Shown: in pieces, positions 18,346 to 26,444 of the stretch
How positions within the stretch are numbered: position 1 is the stretch's first letter
Layout: the number at the start of each line of letters is the position of its first letter
Origin: Geobacter metallireducens GS-15
Lineage (GTDB): Bacteria; Desulfobacterota; Desulfuromonadia; Geobacterales; Geobacteraceae
Direction of reading: 5' to 3'
NCBI RefSeq assembly: GCF_000012925.1
Contig: NC_007517.1
Coordinates: forward strand, 720,001 to 752,000
Length of the DNA: 32,000 bases
The notes under the pieces: generated by a model
Told to the model about the DNA's origin: nothing
Database searches by the model: none
The model's input: the letters and a program-made list of their open reading frames with translations, nothing else
Position numbers and translations under genes: made by a program

Positions 18346-18609
18346 ATGGCCTACATCACCGGATTGAGAAGAAACAAGAGCGAGTACACCCCCCAGTTCG
18401 TCGTTTCCGTCGACGAGGAGACCTGCATCGGCTGCGCCCGCTGTTTCAAGGTCTGCGCCCACGACGTGCTCACCTTCGAGGAGGTGGACGAGGACGATTC
18501 GGCCAAGATGTTCATGAAGGTCACGAATCCCGGCAACTGTATCGGCTGCCAGGCCTGCGGGCGGACCTGTTCGAAGAAGTGCTTCAGCTTCGAGCCGGTA
18601 GTTATCTGA
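18346..18609 (+). CDS. fdxB: nif-associated 2x[4Fe-4S] ferredoxin (ferredoxin III type)
   Basis: 87 aa. Contains YTPQFVVSVDEETCIGCARCFKVCAHDVL and NCIGCQACGRTCSKKC. Confidence 0.8.
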   Translation: MAYITGLRRNKSEYTPQFVVSVDEETCIGCARCFKVCAHDVLTFEEVDEDDSAKMFMKVTNPGNCIGCQACGRTCSKKCFSFEPVVI

Positions 18610-18629
18610 TCGGAAAATGGAGGTTTCCC

Positions 18630-18959
18630 ATGCTCATTGCCGTAGCATCCAAGGATGGAAGGGAGATCAATCAGCACTTCGGCCATGCGGAGCGGTTCCT
18701 CATCTATGAGGTGGAGGGAGACGACGCGAAGCTGGTGGACGAGAAGAAGGTGGAGCGCTACTGCTCCTACGATGTGGACCACCCCCTGCGGAGCCACATC
18801 CTTGAGGCCATTGCCTGCGCCCTTGCCGGCTGCCGGGCCGTGGTCTGCGCCCAGATCGGCCAGGCTCCCCAGATGGCGATGGAGCGGCTTGGTATTGACG
18901 CCTATGTGGCCGATGGCCTTATCAAACCGACCCTGGTGGAGATAGCCAGGGTCCTGTAG
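18630..18959 (+). CDS. NifB/NifX-family FeMo-cofactor-binding domain protein (second paralog)
   Basis: 109 aa from the ATG at 18630 (GGAGG RBS). Begins MLIAVASKDGREINQHFGHAERFLIYEV. Confidence 0.8.
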   Translation: MLIAVASKDGREINQHFGHAERFLIYEVEGDDAKLVDEKKVERYCSYDVDHPLRSHILEAIACALAGCRAVVCAQIGQAPQMAMERLGIDAYVADGLIKPTLVEIARVL

Positions 18960-18988
18960 GGGCGGAATTCACAACGAGGTGATGACCC

Positions 18989-19786
18989 ATGCACAACTCG
19001 GGATTCAATCTCTGCAACCTGCCGCCGTGGGTCATCGCCTCCCGCCACTTCAACGACAACCCTCACCCCCTGGAGGTCCAGGGAGTCCGCCTCGCCAACC
19101 GCTTCCTCTTCGAGCGGCTTGACGCCATTGCTTCGCCCGATGAGCGGGGCACCGTCTTCAACGACTACATGTCGGTGAAATTCCAGCTCCACCTCTGGCA
19201 GGAGCAGGCAACGCCATCGGCCCGCAAGAGCCTCAAAAACAGCTACCTCCGCTATCTCCGGGGCTGGATGATGGATTCAAATTCCGTGGAGGGGGCCGTC
19301 CTCAAGGGGTGGGTCGAGAGCCGCATGGGGATCGTCCCCTCGTTCCACAAAGCCCGCATCACCGGTATCCACACCGAATCCTACTACGGCTACGTGGTGG
19401 ACCGCACCGCCGGCAGCAAGCGGACCAGCGCCATCAACTCCCAGCTGGACATCCTCTACGAGTTCTGTCAGTACGAACTGGCCCGCCGCTTTCCCGGCGA
19501 ACTGTGGGTGACTCTCTATCGGGGGACCTTTGCGGCTGACGACTACGACGTGGTGGAAGAGCTCGGCAGGCGGGAGAAAATCATCCGCTTCAACAATCTC
19601 GTCTCCTTCACTTCCCATGAGGAGCGGGCCTGGGAGTTCGGTTCCACGGTCTGGGAGATCCGGGCGCCCTTGTCCAAGGTCTTTTTCTTCGACGATCTCC
19701 TCCCTGGCAGCATCCTCAAGGGGGAGGGGGAGTACCTGGTCATCGGCGGCGAGTACCGGGTGCGGAGGGTCATGTGTACGGTGTGA
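18989..19786 (+). CDS. draT: NAD+-dinitrogen-reductase ADP-ribosyltransferase (DraT)
   Basis: 265 aa. The N-terminus NLCNLPPWVIASRHFNDNPHPLEVQGVRLANRFLFERL resembles DraT. R-S-E ADP-ribosyltransferase signature candidates are TLYRG, VSFTS and GEGEYLVIGG. The location is the end of the nifX operon. Confidence 0.75.
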   Translation: MHNSGFNLCNLPPWVIASRHFNDNPHPLEVQGVRLANRFLFERLDAIASPDERGTVFNDYMSVKFQLHLWQEQATPSARKSLKNSYLRYLRGWMMDSNSVEGAVLKGWVESRMGIVPSFHKARITGIHTESYYGYVVDRTAGSKRTSAINSQLDILYEFCQYELARRFPGELWVTLYRGTFAADDYDVVEELGRREKIIRFNNLVSFTSHEERAWEFGSTVWEIRAPLSKVFFFDDLLPGSILKGEGEYLVIGGEYRVRRVMCTV

Positions 19787-19789
19787 GGA

Positions 19790-19811
19790 GGGGAGAGTGA
19801 AGGCTCTCCCC
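19790..19811. terminator. Short hairpin shared by the convergent draT and res genes
   Basis: GGGGAGAG-tgaagg-CTCTCCCC. The 3' arm overlaps the res stop codon. No clear T tract. Confidence 0.4.
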
Positions 19812-22507
19812 TATGAATTCCTGCTGATTACATCCTCAATCTGCTGTTCCACGCCGCGCCCCTGTCCGTCCTCCATAACCGCCAAGAGGAACAGACAGCG
19901 TCCGCTGCTGGATTCCTGCCACTGGTACCCTATCTGAACCTTCTCTCGCGAATCATCGTTGGTCTTGTAAGGCTCGCCCTTGTACTCAACCGTCAGCACG
20001 CGGCCATCAGTTAGCTCACACACAAAATCCGGGTAAAAATAATCAGTTGCGGTTGGCAGCCAGAAGGAGAACCGCTCCTCCCTCTCCACGTTGCGCACCC
20101 ACTGTTTCACCGCCGGATGCCGGTCAATGGCCCGGGCGCAGAGAAATTCCTCCGATGGCGTCCCATCCGCCCGCTTCTCGCGGAGGTCGTGAATCACGGG
20201 ATAGTAATGCTTCCTGAACCGGTAGCGTCCCGAATAGTAGGGGGGGCGGGCCGGATAGTGGGTCGGGTGAAAGGTGAAGGCGTATTTGAAGCTGTCTTCC
20301 AGTCTCGGAGCAGACATGAAGCCGGGGAGGGATCGCTGAAAACCCGTGGCGACGGCCTTTCCCCGGCGCCACTCGATTTCCCGGCGGATTGCCTCCGCCA
20401 GGGGGTACTTGGCCCGGAGCAGCGCGGTCAGGGAGAAGCCGCGATCCGCCTGAAGGTGACGAGTCAGCGCCAGTAGCCATTTGATGAGGGTCGGCTGTCC
20501 CACGTCGATCTGGCGGCATTCGCGGTCGAGCCAACGCACCAGATCGTTTTCGGTGGCATGGGGGGCAACCTCGTTCAGGTGGAGTTGTTCGCTGTCCGTT
20601 TCCCCGTACACCACCCGCCCGCCATCAACGTCAATCTCAAAGGCCGCGCCCCGCTCCACGAGGGAAAATCTCGCCAGGCACACCGGCTCGGCAAAGAGAT
20701 CGAACTCGCCCAATTCGGAGAGGAGCCGTTTTTCAACTGGCTGAAGCTCACCGTCCCAGTCAAGGCAGAGCTGCGGCAGCGGGGCGAACCTCTCCCCACG
20801 TGCCGATGGCGCTGTCAGGGCCGCCCGCCGCACCCGCTCGGTGTCGATGGCGTCCTTCACCCCCTGGCGGTGCCGGGCGTTGCAGGCCGTCAGCAGAAAT
20901 TCCTCAACCTCTTCCGACAGTTCACCCCGCACAATCGCCGTTGCGCCGGAAGTTGTCGGCCGTATTTCAACGGACTCCTTCAACTCCTCGGGCACCGGCA
21001 GCGTCGGCGCGGCGGGGAGTGAAATAACCGCTTCCGCCGGTCGCGGGCGGGTATATTCGCCCGACTCCGGCAGAGGGAGAACGTCTTGCGCCGGCGCGAT
21101 GGCTTGGGCAGCTTCGTAAGACTCGAACCCCATGTTGTTCACCAGCCGGTCGGCCAGTTGATCCGCAACCCGTGCGAAGCCCTGCGCCACGATGTGCGCG
21201 TAGGCCTTGGCCAGCTCTGTCTGGTGGCGGGGCCGGGCATGGGGCATCCGCAGCACGCGGCCCAGAAGCTGCTCCACATCCTTGGCGCTTCTGGCGTCCT
21301 GTAGGCTGCACAGCACATAGGCAAAGGGGCAATCCCACCCCTCCTTCAGCGCCTCAACGGTAATCACGTAGCGGATCGGGCAGAGGGGGTCCGCCAGCAC
21401 GATTCCGTCCAGCTCCTTCTGGTCGCCGGTCGCCACGGCAATCTGCCGGCGGTCCAGCTTTTCGCCGTCGGGGCTCGTCAGGTGCTCCAGCAGCCTCTCC
21501 ACTGTAACCTCGCCGTTCTTCGGCTCGGCCTGGAACAGCAGCACCGGGCGGATATAGTCCGGCTCCCCGGCTGCCAGCTTCTCCAGCCGGTCGCGGGTCA
21601 GGATGGCGTCGCGCACGGCATCCTTCCAGCCGGTCGGGTGCTCCATCAGCACGATGGGGAGCTTTATCATGTCTTCCCGCTGCAGGGCGCTCGCCCCCAC
21701 GTGATAGAGCACGTTGCTGCTTGCGGCGGGGGTGGCGGTCAGCTCGATGACGCAGGCCGGGTGCAGGTTTTTCAGCGTGCGGAATGCCTGGTCGGTCCGG
21801 TTGTTATGGGCCTCGTCCACCACCACGATGGGGCGGTTGAGGGTCAGCCAGTTGGCCAGCGACGCCTTCACCCGACCCAGGTCCGTTGCCGTCAGGTAGG
21901 GCTGGGCGGCAATGTCCGCTTCGGTCACCCGGTCGAGCCGCGCCTCTTGCCGGGGGGTGAGCCCCTGAAAATGGCGGGAGAAATTCTCGTCGAAGGAATA
22001 AACGGTGCGCTGGGTTTTTTCCTTTACGTTGAAGGACTGGATCGTCGCCACCACAATAATGGCCGACTGCCCCACCTCCTGGGGGCCCACCGTGGCCAGG
22101 TCGTCCAGGGCGCATACACGCACCCGTTCGCCGAAATAGCTCGTCAGGGCTTCGCGGCAGGGGTTGCGCGGCGTGGAGAGGGCCGCAAGGGTCTGGCTGC
22201 GGATGGCGTCGGAGGGGACCAGCCACAACGCCACTGGCGCATCGGTATCCGCCAGGGTCTTGCCGATTCGCGCCACCGCGTGGGCCGCCAGAAACGTCTT
22301 GCCCCCGCCGGTAGGGATGCGCACGCAGACGGCCGGGGTTTCACCCAGGGTTTCGGCGTTGTAGGCTGCCTGCCGTGCTTGTCCCTGCTTCTCCTGCACC
22401 GGTGCGCAGTGCCGCCACGCCTCGGCCAGGCCCGACATGCGCAGTTGACGGAAAAACCCGTCAAGGGCCGTAAGGGCATTTTCCTGATAATCCTTAAGTT
22501 TGAACAT
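19811..22507 (-). CDS. res: Type III restriction enzyme Res subunit (SF2 helicase plus PD-(D/E)xK nuclease)
   Basis: 898 aa. Contains IPTGGGKT (Walker A), VVDEAHNN (DEAH box) and C-terminal YPDF...TVEYKG (PD..ExK). The start lies 2 nt after the mod stop. Confidence 0.9.
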   Translation of the reverse strand: MFKLKDYQENALTALDGFFRQLRMSGLAEAWRHCAPVQEKQGQARQAAYNAETLGETPAVCVRIPTGGGKTFLAAHAVARIGKTLADTDAPVALWLVPSDAIRSQTLAALSTPRNPCREALTSYFGERVRVCALDDLATVGPQEVGQSAIIVVATIQSFNVKEKTQRTVYSFDENFSRHFQGLTPRQEARLDRVTEADIAAQPYLTATDLGRVKASLANWLTLNRPIVVVDEAHNNRTDQAFRTLKNLHPACVIELTATPAASSNVLYHVGASALQREDMIKLPIVLMEHPTGWKDAVRDAILTRDRLEKLAAGEPDYIRPVLLFQAEPKNGEVTVERLLEHLTSPDGEKLDRRQIAVATGDQKELDGIVLADPLCPIRYVITVEALKEGWDCPFAYVLCSLQDARSAKDVEQLLGRVLRMPHARPRHQTELAKAYAHIVAQGFARVADQLADRLVNNMGFESYEAAQAIAPAQDVLPLPESGEYTRPRPAEAVISLPAAPTLPVPEELKESVEIRPTTSGATAIVRGELSEEVEEFLLTACNARHRQGVKDAIDTERVRRAALTAPSARGERFAPLPQLCLDWDGELQPVEKRLLSELGEFDLFAEPVCLARFSLVERGAAFEIDVDGGRVVYGETDSEQLHLNEVAPHATENDLVRWLDRECRQIDVGQPTLIKWLLALTRHLQADRGFSLTALLRAKYPLAEAIRREIEWRRGKAVATGFQRSLPGFMSAPRLEDSFKYAFTFHPTHYPARPPYYSGRYRFRKHYYPVIHDLREKRADGTPSEEFLCARAIDRHPAVKQWVRNVEREERFSFWLPTATDYFYPDFVCELTDGRVLTVEYKGEPYKTNDDSREKVQIGYQWQESSSGRCLFLLAVMEDGQGRGVEQQIEDVISRNS

Positions 22508-22509
22508 GG

Positions 22510-24072
22510 TTAGCGCGCCTTGATATCGTAAGGGATTTGTTTGAACGTGATGCCTGCCTCGCGCAGCCGGGCTTCCCCCAGCCGGGTGGTTTCACCGTAG
22601 ATCACCCGGGGGCCGTGGTGGGGATAGGCCTCGTCCAGATGGGCCAGCACGGCCGAGGTGAGCACGTTGCCCCCCTGGGGCCGCCGGTCGCCGAGGATAC
22701 CGTTGTAGAGGAGATACCAAGCCGTGCCCCCATGGGTGCCGAGCAGCGGGGTGGTGAAGGTCTGCCGCGCCGGTTCCCCCGTCTCGAAATGCCAGAGATA
22801 GGCGGCCAGGGCCGGGAAACGGACCGCTGGGTGGATGCCGCCGTCGGCGTCGAACACCGGCTCCCCGAGGGAGTGGAAGCGGAAGCCGCCCCCCCCCTGC
22901 CAGTCCACCGCCTTGGAAATTCCCCCTGGCTCTCCGCCGATGACCTTTTCCAGGCGCGGCAGGCAGTGGGTCACGGCGTGCTCCCCCATTTCGATACCGA
23001 TCCAGCGGCGGCCCATCTTGTGGGCCACGGCGGCGGTGGTGCCGGAGCCGAGGAAGGAGTCGAGGACGAGGTCGCCGGGGTTAGTGGCGATGTGTATGAT
23101 GCGTTGAAGCAATGCTTCAGGCTTTGGTGTTTCAAAAGCTGCCTTTTCACCAAATAGTTTCTCTATTTCAGAGCTAGCATGCTGATTTAACCCTGTATCG
23201 CTCCATATAGAGGGGGTAGTCATCCCCTGCTTTGCTTCATCCAAAAAGAGCTTGCGCATAGGAGTCTTGGCGGTCCCGTTTACTCCCCAATATAGGCGTT
23301 TTTCAGCTTGAAGGCGTTCCATCTCTTCTTTGCTATGCCGCCAGCATGTACCTTGACGAGGCCAAACTTCTTCAGCGGTGTAAGGGTTTTTAATAGGGTA
23401 AAATAGGCTAGTTACAAACCGTCCACCCTTGCCGTTAGCTGTTGTGTCTATCTTGCGGAAAGGTCCTCGCTCATCCGGTCCATCGGGTTCTTTGAATACA
23501 TCATATTGCGAGTTTGCTTTTTCCGTACGTGGCATAAGGTTGAACGCCTCTTCAGCTAACGTCTTTTTGCTGTTACCGCTTTTCCCCTTGCCCCAAACAA
23601 GAATATGCTCATGGATTGCTCCGATTTTTCGATCGTTTGGTGGGCCATCTCGTTTTTGCCACGAGACGTCAATTATAAAATTTAGTCTTCCAAAAATCTC
23701 ATCGACAATGACCTTGATGTAATGTGCTTCGTTGTCATCACACGAAATCCATAAACTACCATCTTCCTTCAGCAGTTCCCGCAGCAGCACCAACCGGGGA
23801 TACATCATCGACAGCCACTGGGAATGCTCCAGCTTGTCGTCGTAGTGGGCAAAGGCCGACTGGGTGTTGTAGGGGGGGTCGATATAGATGCACTTCACCC
23901 GTCCCCGGTAAAAGGGGAGCAGGGCCTTGAGGGCCTTGAGGTTGTCTCCCTGAATGAGAAGGTTGTCGGCCCCCGCGTCTCCGTGGGCCGTCCGGAATTG
24001 CAGCAGGTGATAGGGAACGTCGGCGGTGCTGCTCACCGCCTGGGTCTTGTTGACCCAGTCAAGAAAGGGCAT
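22510..24072 (-). CDS. mod: Type III Mod DNA methyltransferase (beta-class N6A/N4C)
   Basis: 520 aa. Motif IV IYIDPPYN is near the N-terminus and motif I LDSFLGSGTTAAVA is near the C-terminus, with a central variable region. Confidence 0.9.
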   Translation of the reverse strand: MPFLDWVNKTQAVSSTADVPYHLLQFRTAHGDAGADNLLIQGDNLKALKALLPFYRGRVKCIYIDPPYNTQSAFAHYDDKLEHSQWLSMMYPRLVLLRELLKEDGSLWISCDDNEAHYIKVIVDEIFGRLNFIIDVSWQKRDGPPNDRKIGAIHEHILVWGKGKSGNSKKTLAEEAFNLMPRTEKANSQYDVFKEPDGPDERGPFRKIDTTANGKGGRFVTSLFYPIKNPYTAEEVWPRQGTCWRHSKEEMERLQAEKRLYWGVNGTAKTPMRKLFLDEAKQGMTTPSIWSDTGLNQHASSEIEKLFGEKAAFETPKPEALLQRIIHIATNPGDLVLDSFLGSGTTAAVAHKMGRRWIGIEMGEHAVTHCLPRLEKVIGGEPGGISKAVDWQGGGGFRFHSLGEPVFDADGGIHPAVRFPALAAYLWHFETGEPARQTFTTPLLGTHGGTAWYLLYNGILGDRRPQGGNVLTSAVLAHLDEAYPHHGPRVIYGETTRLGEARLREAGITFKQIPYDIKAR

Positions 24073-24130
24073 GGGTGGTATCCTTGTTGATTTGTGTACA
24101 AAAAACGGCGTCGGTGGCCGAGGCGGAACG

Positions 24131-24457
24131 TTACCGCGTCAATCTCTCCAGCAGAATATCCTCAAGGTTACGGCGGGAATCGAAGAGGGCCAGCACGAGT
24201 ACCTCCCCCTCGCCGATCCGGTACATGAGCCGCCACGGGGGAATAATCAGTTCACGGTAGGTCGGGATGCCGTGGGCCAGCAGCTCCGGCACCACCCTCC
24301 CCCGGTGCGGCGTTGACGACAGGGTGGCGGCCCCGTCGCGCAGCTTCGCTAGGATGCGAAGCGCCGCGTCAATGCTGTCCTGGGCAATGTAGTCGATAAT
24401 CGCCTCAAGGTCCTGTTCGGCGGTCCTTGCCCAGTGAACGGCGTATCTACGGGGCAT
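24131..24457 (-). CDS. ParE/RelE-family type II toxin
   Basis: 108 aa. Contains AEQDLEAIIDYIAQDS...GRVVPEL...YRELIIPPWRLMYRI.GEVLVLALFDSRR. The start overlaps the antitoxin stop by 11 nt. Confidence 0.8.
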   Translation of the reverse strand: MPRRYAVHWARTAEQDLEAIIDYIAQDSIDAALRILAKLRDGAATLSSTPHRGRVVPELLAHGIPTYRELIIPPWRLMYRIGEGEVLVLALFDSRRNLEDILLERLTR

Positions 24458-24746
24458 CGGAATCGCCCTTCGCGCCGTTTCTCAGCTTTCTTTCCAGCCG
24501 GGCAAAGATTTCATCCTGCTCGCTGACGCGGCCAGCGCGCACGTCTTCCTCCCCTTGAGCCACCAGTTTAAGCAGGCCGATTGCGGCCCGCATCTGCTCG
24601 TAGGATTCGGGGTCCTGGAGCACGGCCCGGGCCTCGCCATTCTGGGTGATGATGACTGGACGATGGGTTTCGTTGACCTGGGCCAGCAGGTCTGCGGCCC
24701 GGGACTTCAGGTAGGTGACGGGACGAATGTCTTCGTTGATTTTCAT
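24447..24746 (-). CDS. Phd/YefM-family antitoxin
   Basis: 99 aa from the ATG at 24744-24746 (GGAGG RBS). Begins MKINEDIRPVTYLKSRAADLLAQVNETHRPVIITQNGEARAVLQD. Confidence 0.8.
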   Translation of the reverse strand: MKINEDIRPVTYLKSRAADLLAQVNETHRPVIITQNGEARAVLQDPESYEQMRAAIGLLKLVAQGEEDVRAGRVSEQDEIFARLERKLRNGAKGDSDAP

Positions 24747-24822
24747 GGGCGGCCTCCGGTCCGTAAAAGGTACCACAGGTGGTCCGGCTGGGCAACGGCG
24801 TTGACGGCGGGTGCATAAAAAA

Positions 24823-24848
24823 GGCCCCGACTCGGCAGCGTCGGGGCC
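24823..24848 (-). terminator. Intrinsic terminator of the cytochrome gene
   Basis: GGCCCCGAC-loop-GTCGGGGCC, followed on the minus strand by TTTTTTAT. Confidence 0.75.
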
Positions 24849-24857
24849 TTTGTATCA

Positions 24858-26330
24858 TCAAGAGGCGGAGCTCGTATCCACCGTCACCTGCTTCACCGCC
24901 ATATCAACCACGGGGAGGGGGGGGACTGCCTTGAGGCCGTACGTCTGCTCCAGGTTGATGTCCTTGGGCACGGCGGCCAGGAGTGCTTCGGCCACCTTCT
25001 GGTCGGCCTGGCGGAACCGGAGCTTGGCTTCGATGGTGACCTTCTTCAGGCCTGCCGGGAAGTGCAACCCGTAGTATGTCTCCCGGTACCCCTTGGGCGG
25101 AATGGTGTCGTGTTTGGAGAAACTGACAAGACTCCATGGGTCGACGGTGAAGTGGAAGTCTTTGGTCATGCCGTCGGAGGCGAAGTTGCGGGCGACTTCG
25201 GAAAGTGATCCATCGGGGTTGAGGGTGCCGCTCGTCATGACCACCTTGCCGTTCTCGTCCTTGGCGGTGATCTCCAGCCACATCTGACGCACGTTGGTGA
25301 GAGACGTGGGGAGGTTGTGTCCGGCCCGGATGTTCTTTACCCGCACCTTCAGTTCGTCGAGCTTCCCGTTGTGATAGATGGGGAATAGTTCCAGGTCCGC
25401 CGCGGATTTCAGCCGCTCCACGGCCATCTCGTACTGGTTCATCATGCTCTTGGCCAGTTCCTCGTCCCCTGCCTTTTTGGCGGCGCCGGAGGCCAGATAG
25501 GTGAGGAGGTAGTTGGCACCGCTGAAGTAGTGCTTGTACTCTTTGCGCTCGGGCTTCACGAACTGGTCGGCGGTCCGCTTGAAGGTCTGGACGTCGACCA
25601 TGTGGCAGTCCTGGCACATGATCCCCTTCTGGGCGTAGGGGCCGGCAATCCACTCGTTGTACGTGGCCTCGATGGGGAAGTGGTCATCGTAGTGGTAGAC
25701 CTGGTGGCAGGAGGCGCAGAGGTTCGCCTGGAGGTGGAGAGGGGATTCTTCGCACTGGTGGAACCCTCCGCCGCACTCCTTGTGGTTGGGGATGGGGCCG
25801 CGCTTGATGAGGGCCTGGCCGCTGGTTGTCTCCACGCCGGGGGTCATGATGAAGGAACCGTTCTCGGCGACCCGCGCCGGTGTCTGCTGGTGGGTCACAC
25901 CGCTGATGGAGTGGCAGACATCGCAGGAAACGCCGGCAAGGGCGATGGCGGAAAGCCCCGCAAGACCCGGTGCCTTGACCTCGCCGGTGACCACGCCGAT
26001 GGGGGTGTGGCATCCCTCGCACTGCCGTGCGATGTCATGGCCCACGGCCTTGACTGCCTTGTTGAGTTCACCCTGGTAGACCGGATCCTTGAAGGCGAGG
26101 CTGTGAACCGAGCCGTTCCACTCCTTGTATTGCTTCTCGTGGCAGCCTCCGCAGACCTCGGGGGCATTGAAGGGGACGGACGACTTGTTCCACTTGATGA
26201 GGGACGGATAGTAGGGGTAGAACTCCCGGTCCACGGGGAAGACGGGCGAGGTGGCCTGGGCCGCAACGGCGGCACAGATGATGGCGAAACAGACGAAGAG
26301 AGTGGCGGCGAGGCGCGACGTTCGCTTCAT
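24858..26330 (-). CDS. Secreted multiheme c-type cytochrome (five CXXCH motifs)
   Basis: 490 aa from MKRTSRLAATLFVCFAIICAAVAAQA (signal peptide; ATG 26328-26330, AGGAGG RBS). Heme motifs are CGGCH, CEGCH, CDVCH, CASCH and CQDCH. Confidence 0.85.
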   Translation of the reverse strand: MKRTSRLAATLFVCFAIICAAVAAQATSPVFPVDREFYPYYPSLIKWNKSSVPFNAPEVCGGCHEKQYKEWNGSVHSLAFKDPVYQGELNKAVKAVGHDIARQCEGCHTPIGVVTGEVKAPGLAGLSAIALAGVSCDVCHSISGVTHQQTPARVAENGSFIMTPGVETTSGQALIKRGPIPNHKECGGGFHQCEESPLHLQANLCASCHQVYHYDDHFPIEATYNEWIAGPYAQKGIMCQDCHMVDVQTFKRTADQFVKPERKEYKHYFSGANYLLTYLASGAAKKAGDEELAKSMMNQYEMAVERLKSAADLELFPIYHNGKLDELKVRVKNIRAGHNLPTSLTNVRQMWLEITAKDENGKVVMTSGTLNPDGSLSEVARNFASDGMTKDFHFTVDPWSLVSFSKHDTIPPKGYRETYYGLHFPAGLKKVTIEAKLRFRQADQKVAEALLAAVPKDINLEQTYGLKAVPPLPVVDMAVKQVTVDTSSAS

Positions 26331-26444
26331 GATTGGTTCCTCCTTGACCAAAACCGGTAGTGATTATGCTGCGTTGATTAATCGACGCTTAAGGTGTAAC
26401 AGCAAAAGCACCTATCGTCAAGGAGGAGGCTACAAAATACCGGT

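Noticed and set aside
18059-18367. 102-aa ORF spanning the nifX 3' end and the 24-bp hairpin
   Set aside because: It is out of frame with nifX and runs through a perfect palindrome. No RBS.
21482-22513. 343-aa plus-strand ORF and many smaller ORFs within res and mod
   Set aside because: They are antisense or alternative frames of well-supported Type III res and mod genes.
24904-26360. 249-aa minus-strand and 276-aa plus-strand ORFs overlapping the cytochrome gene
   Set aside because: Shadow frames. Only the annotated frame has a signal peptide and CXXCH motifs.
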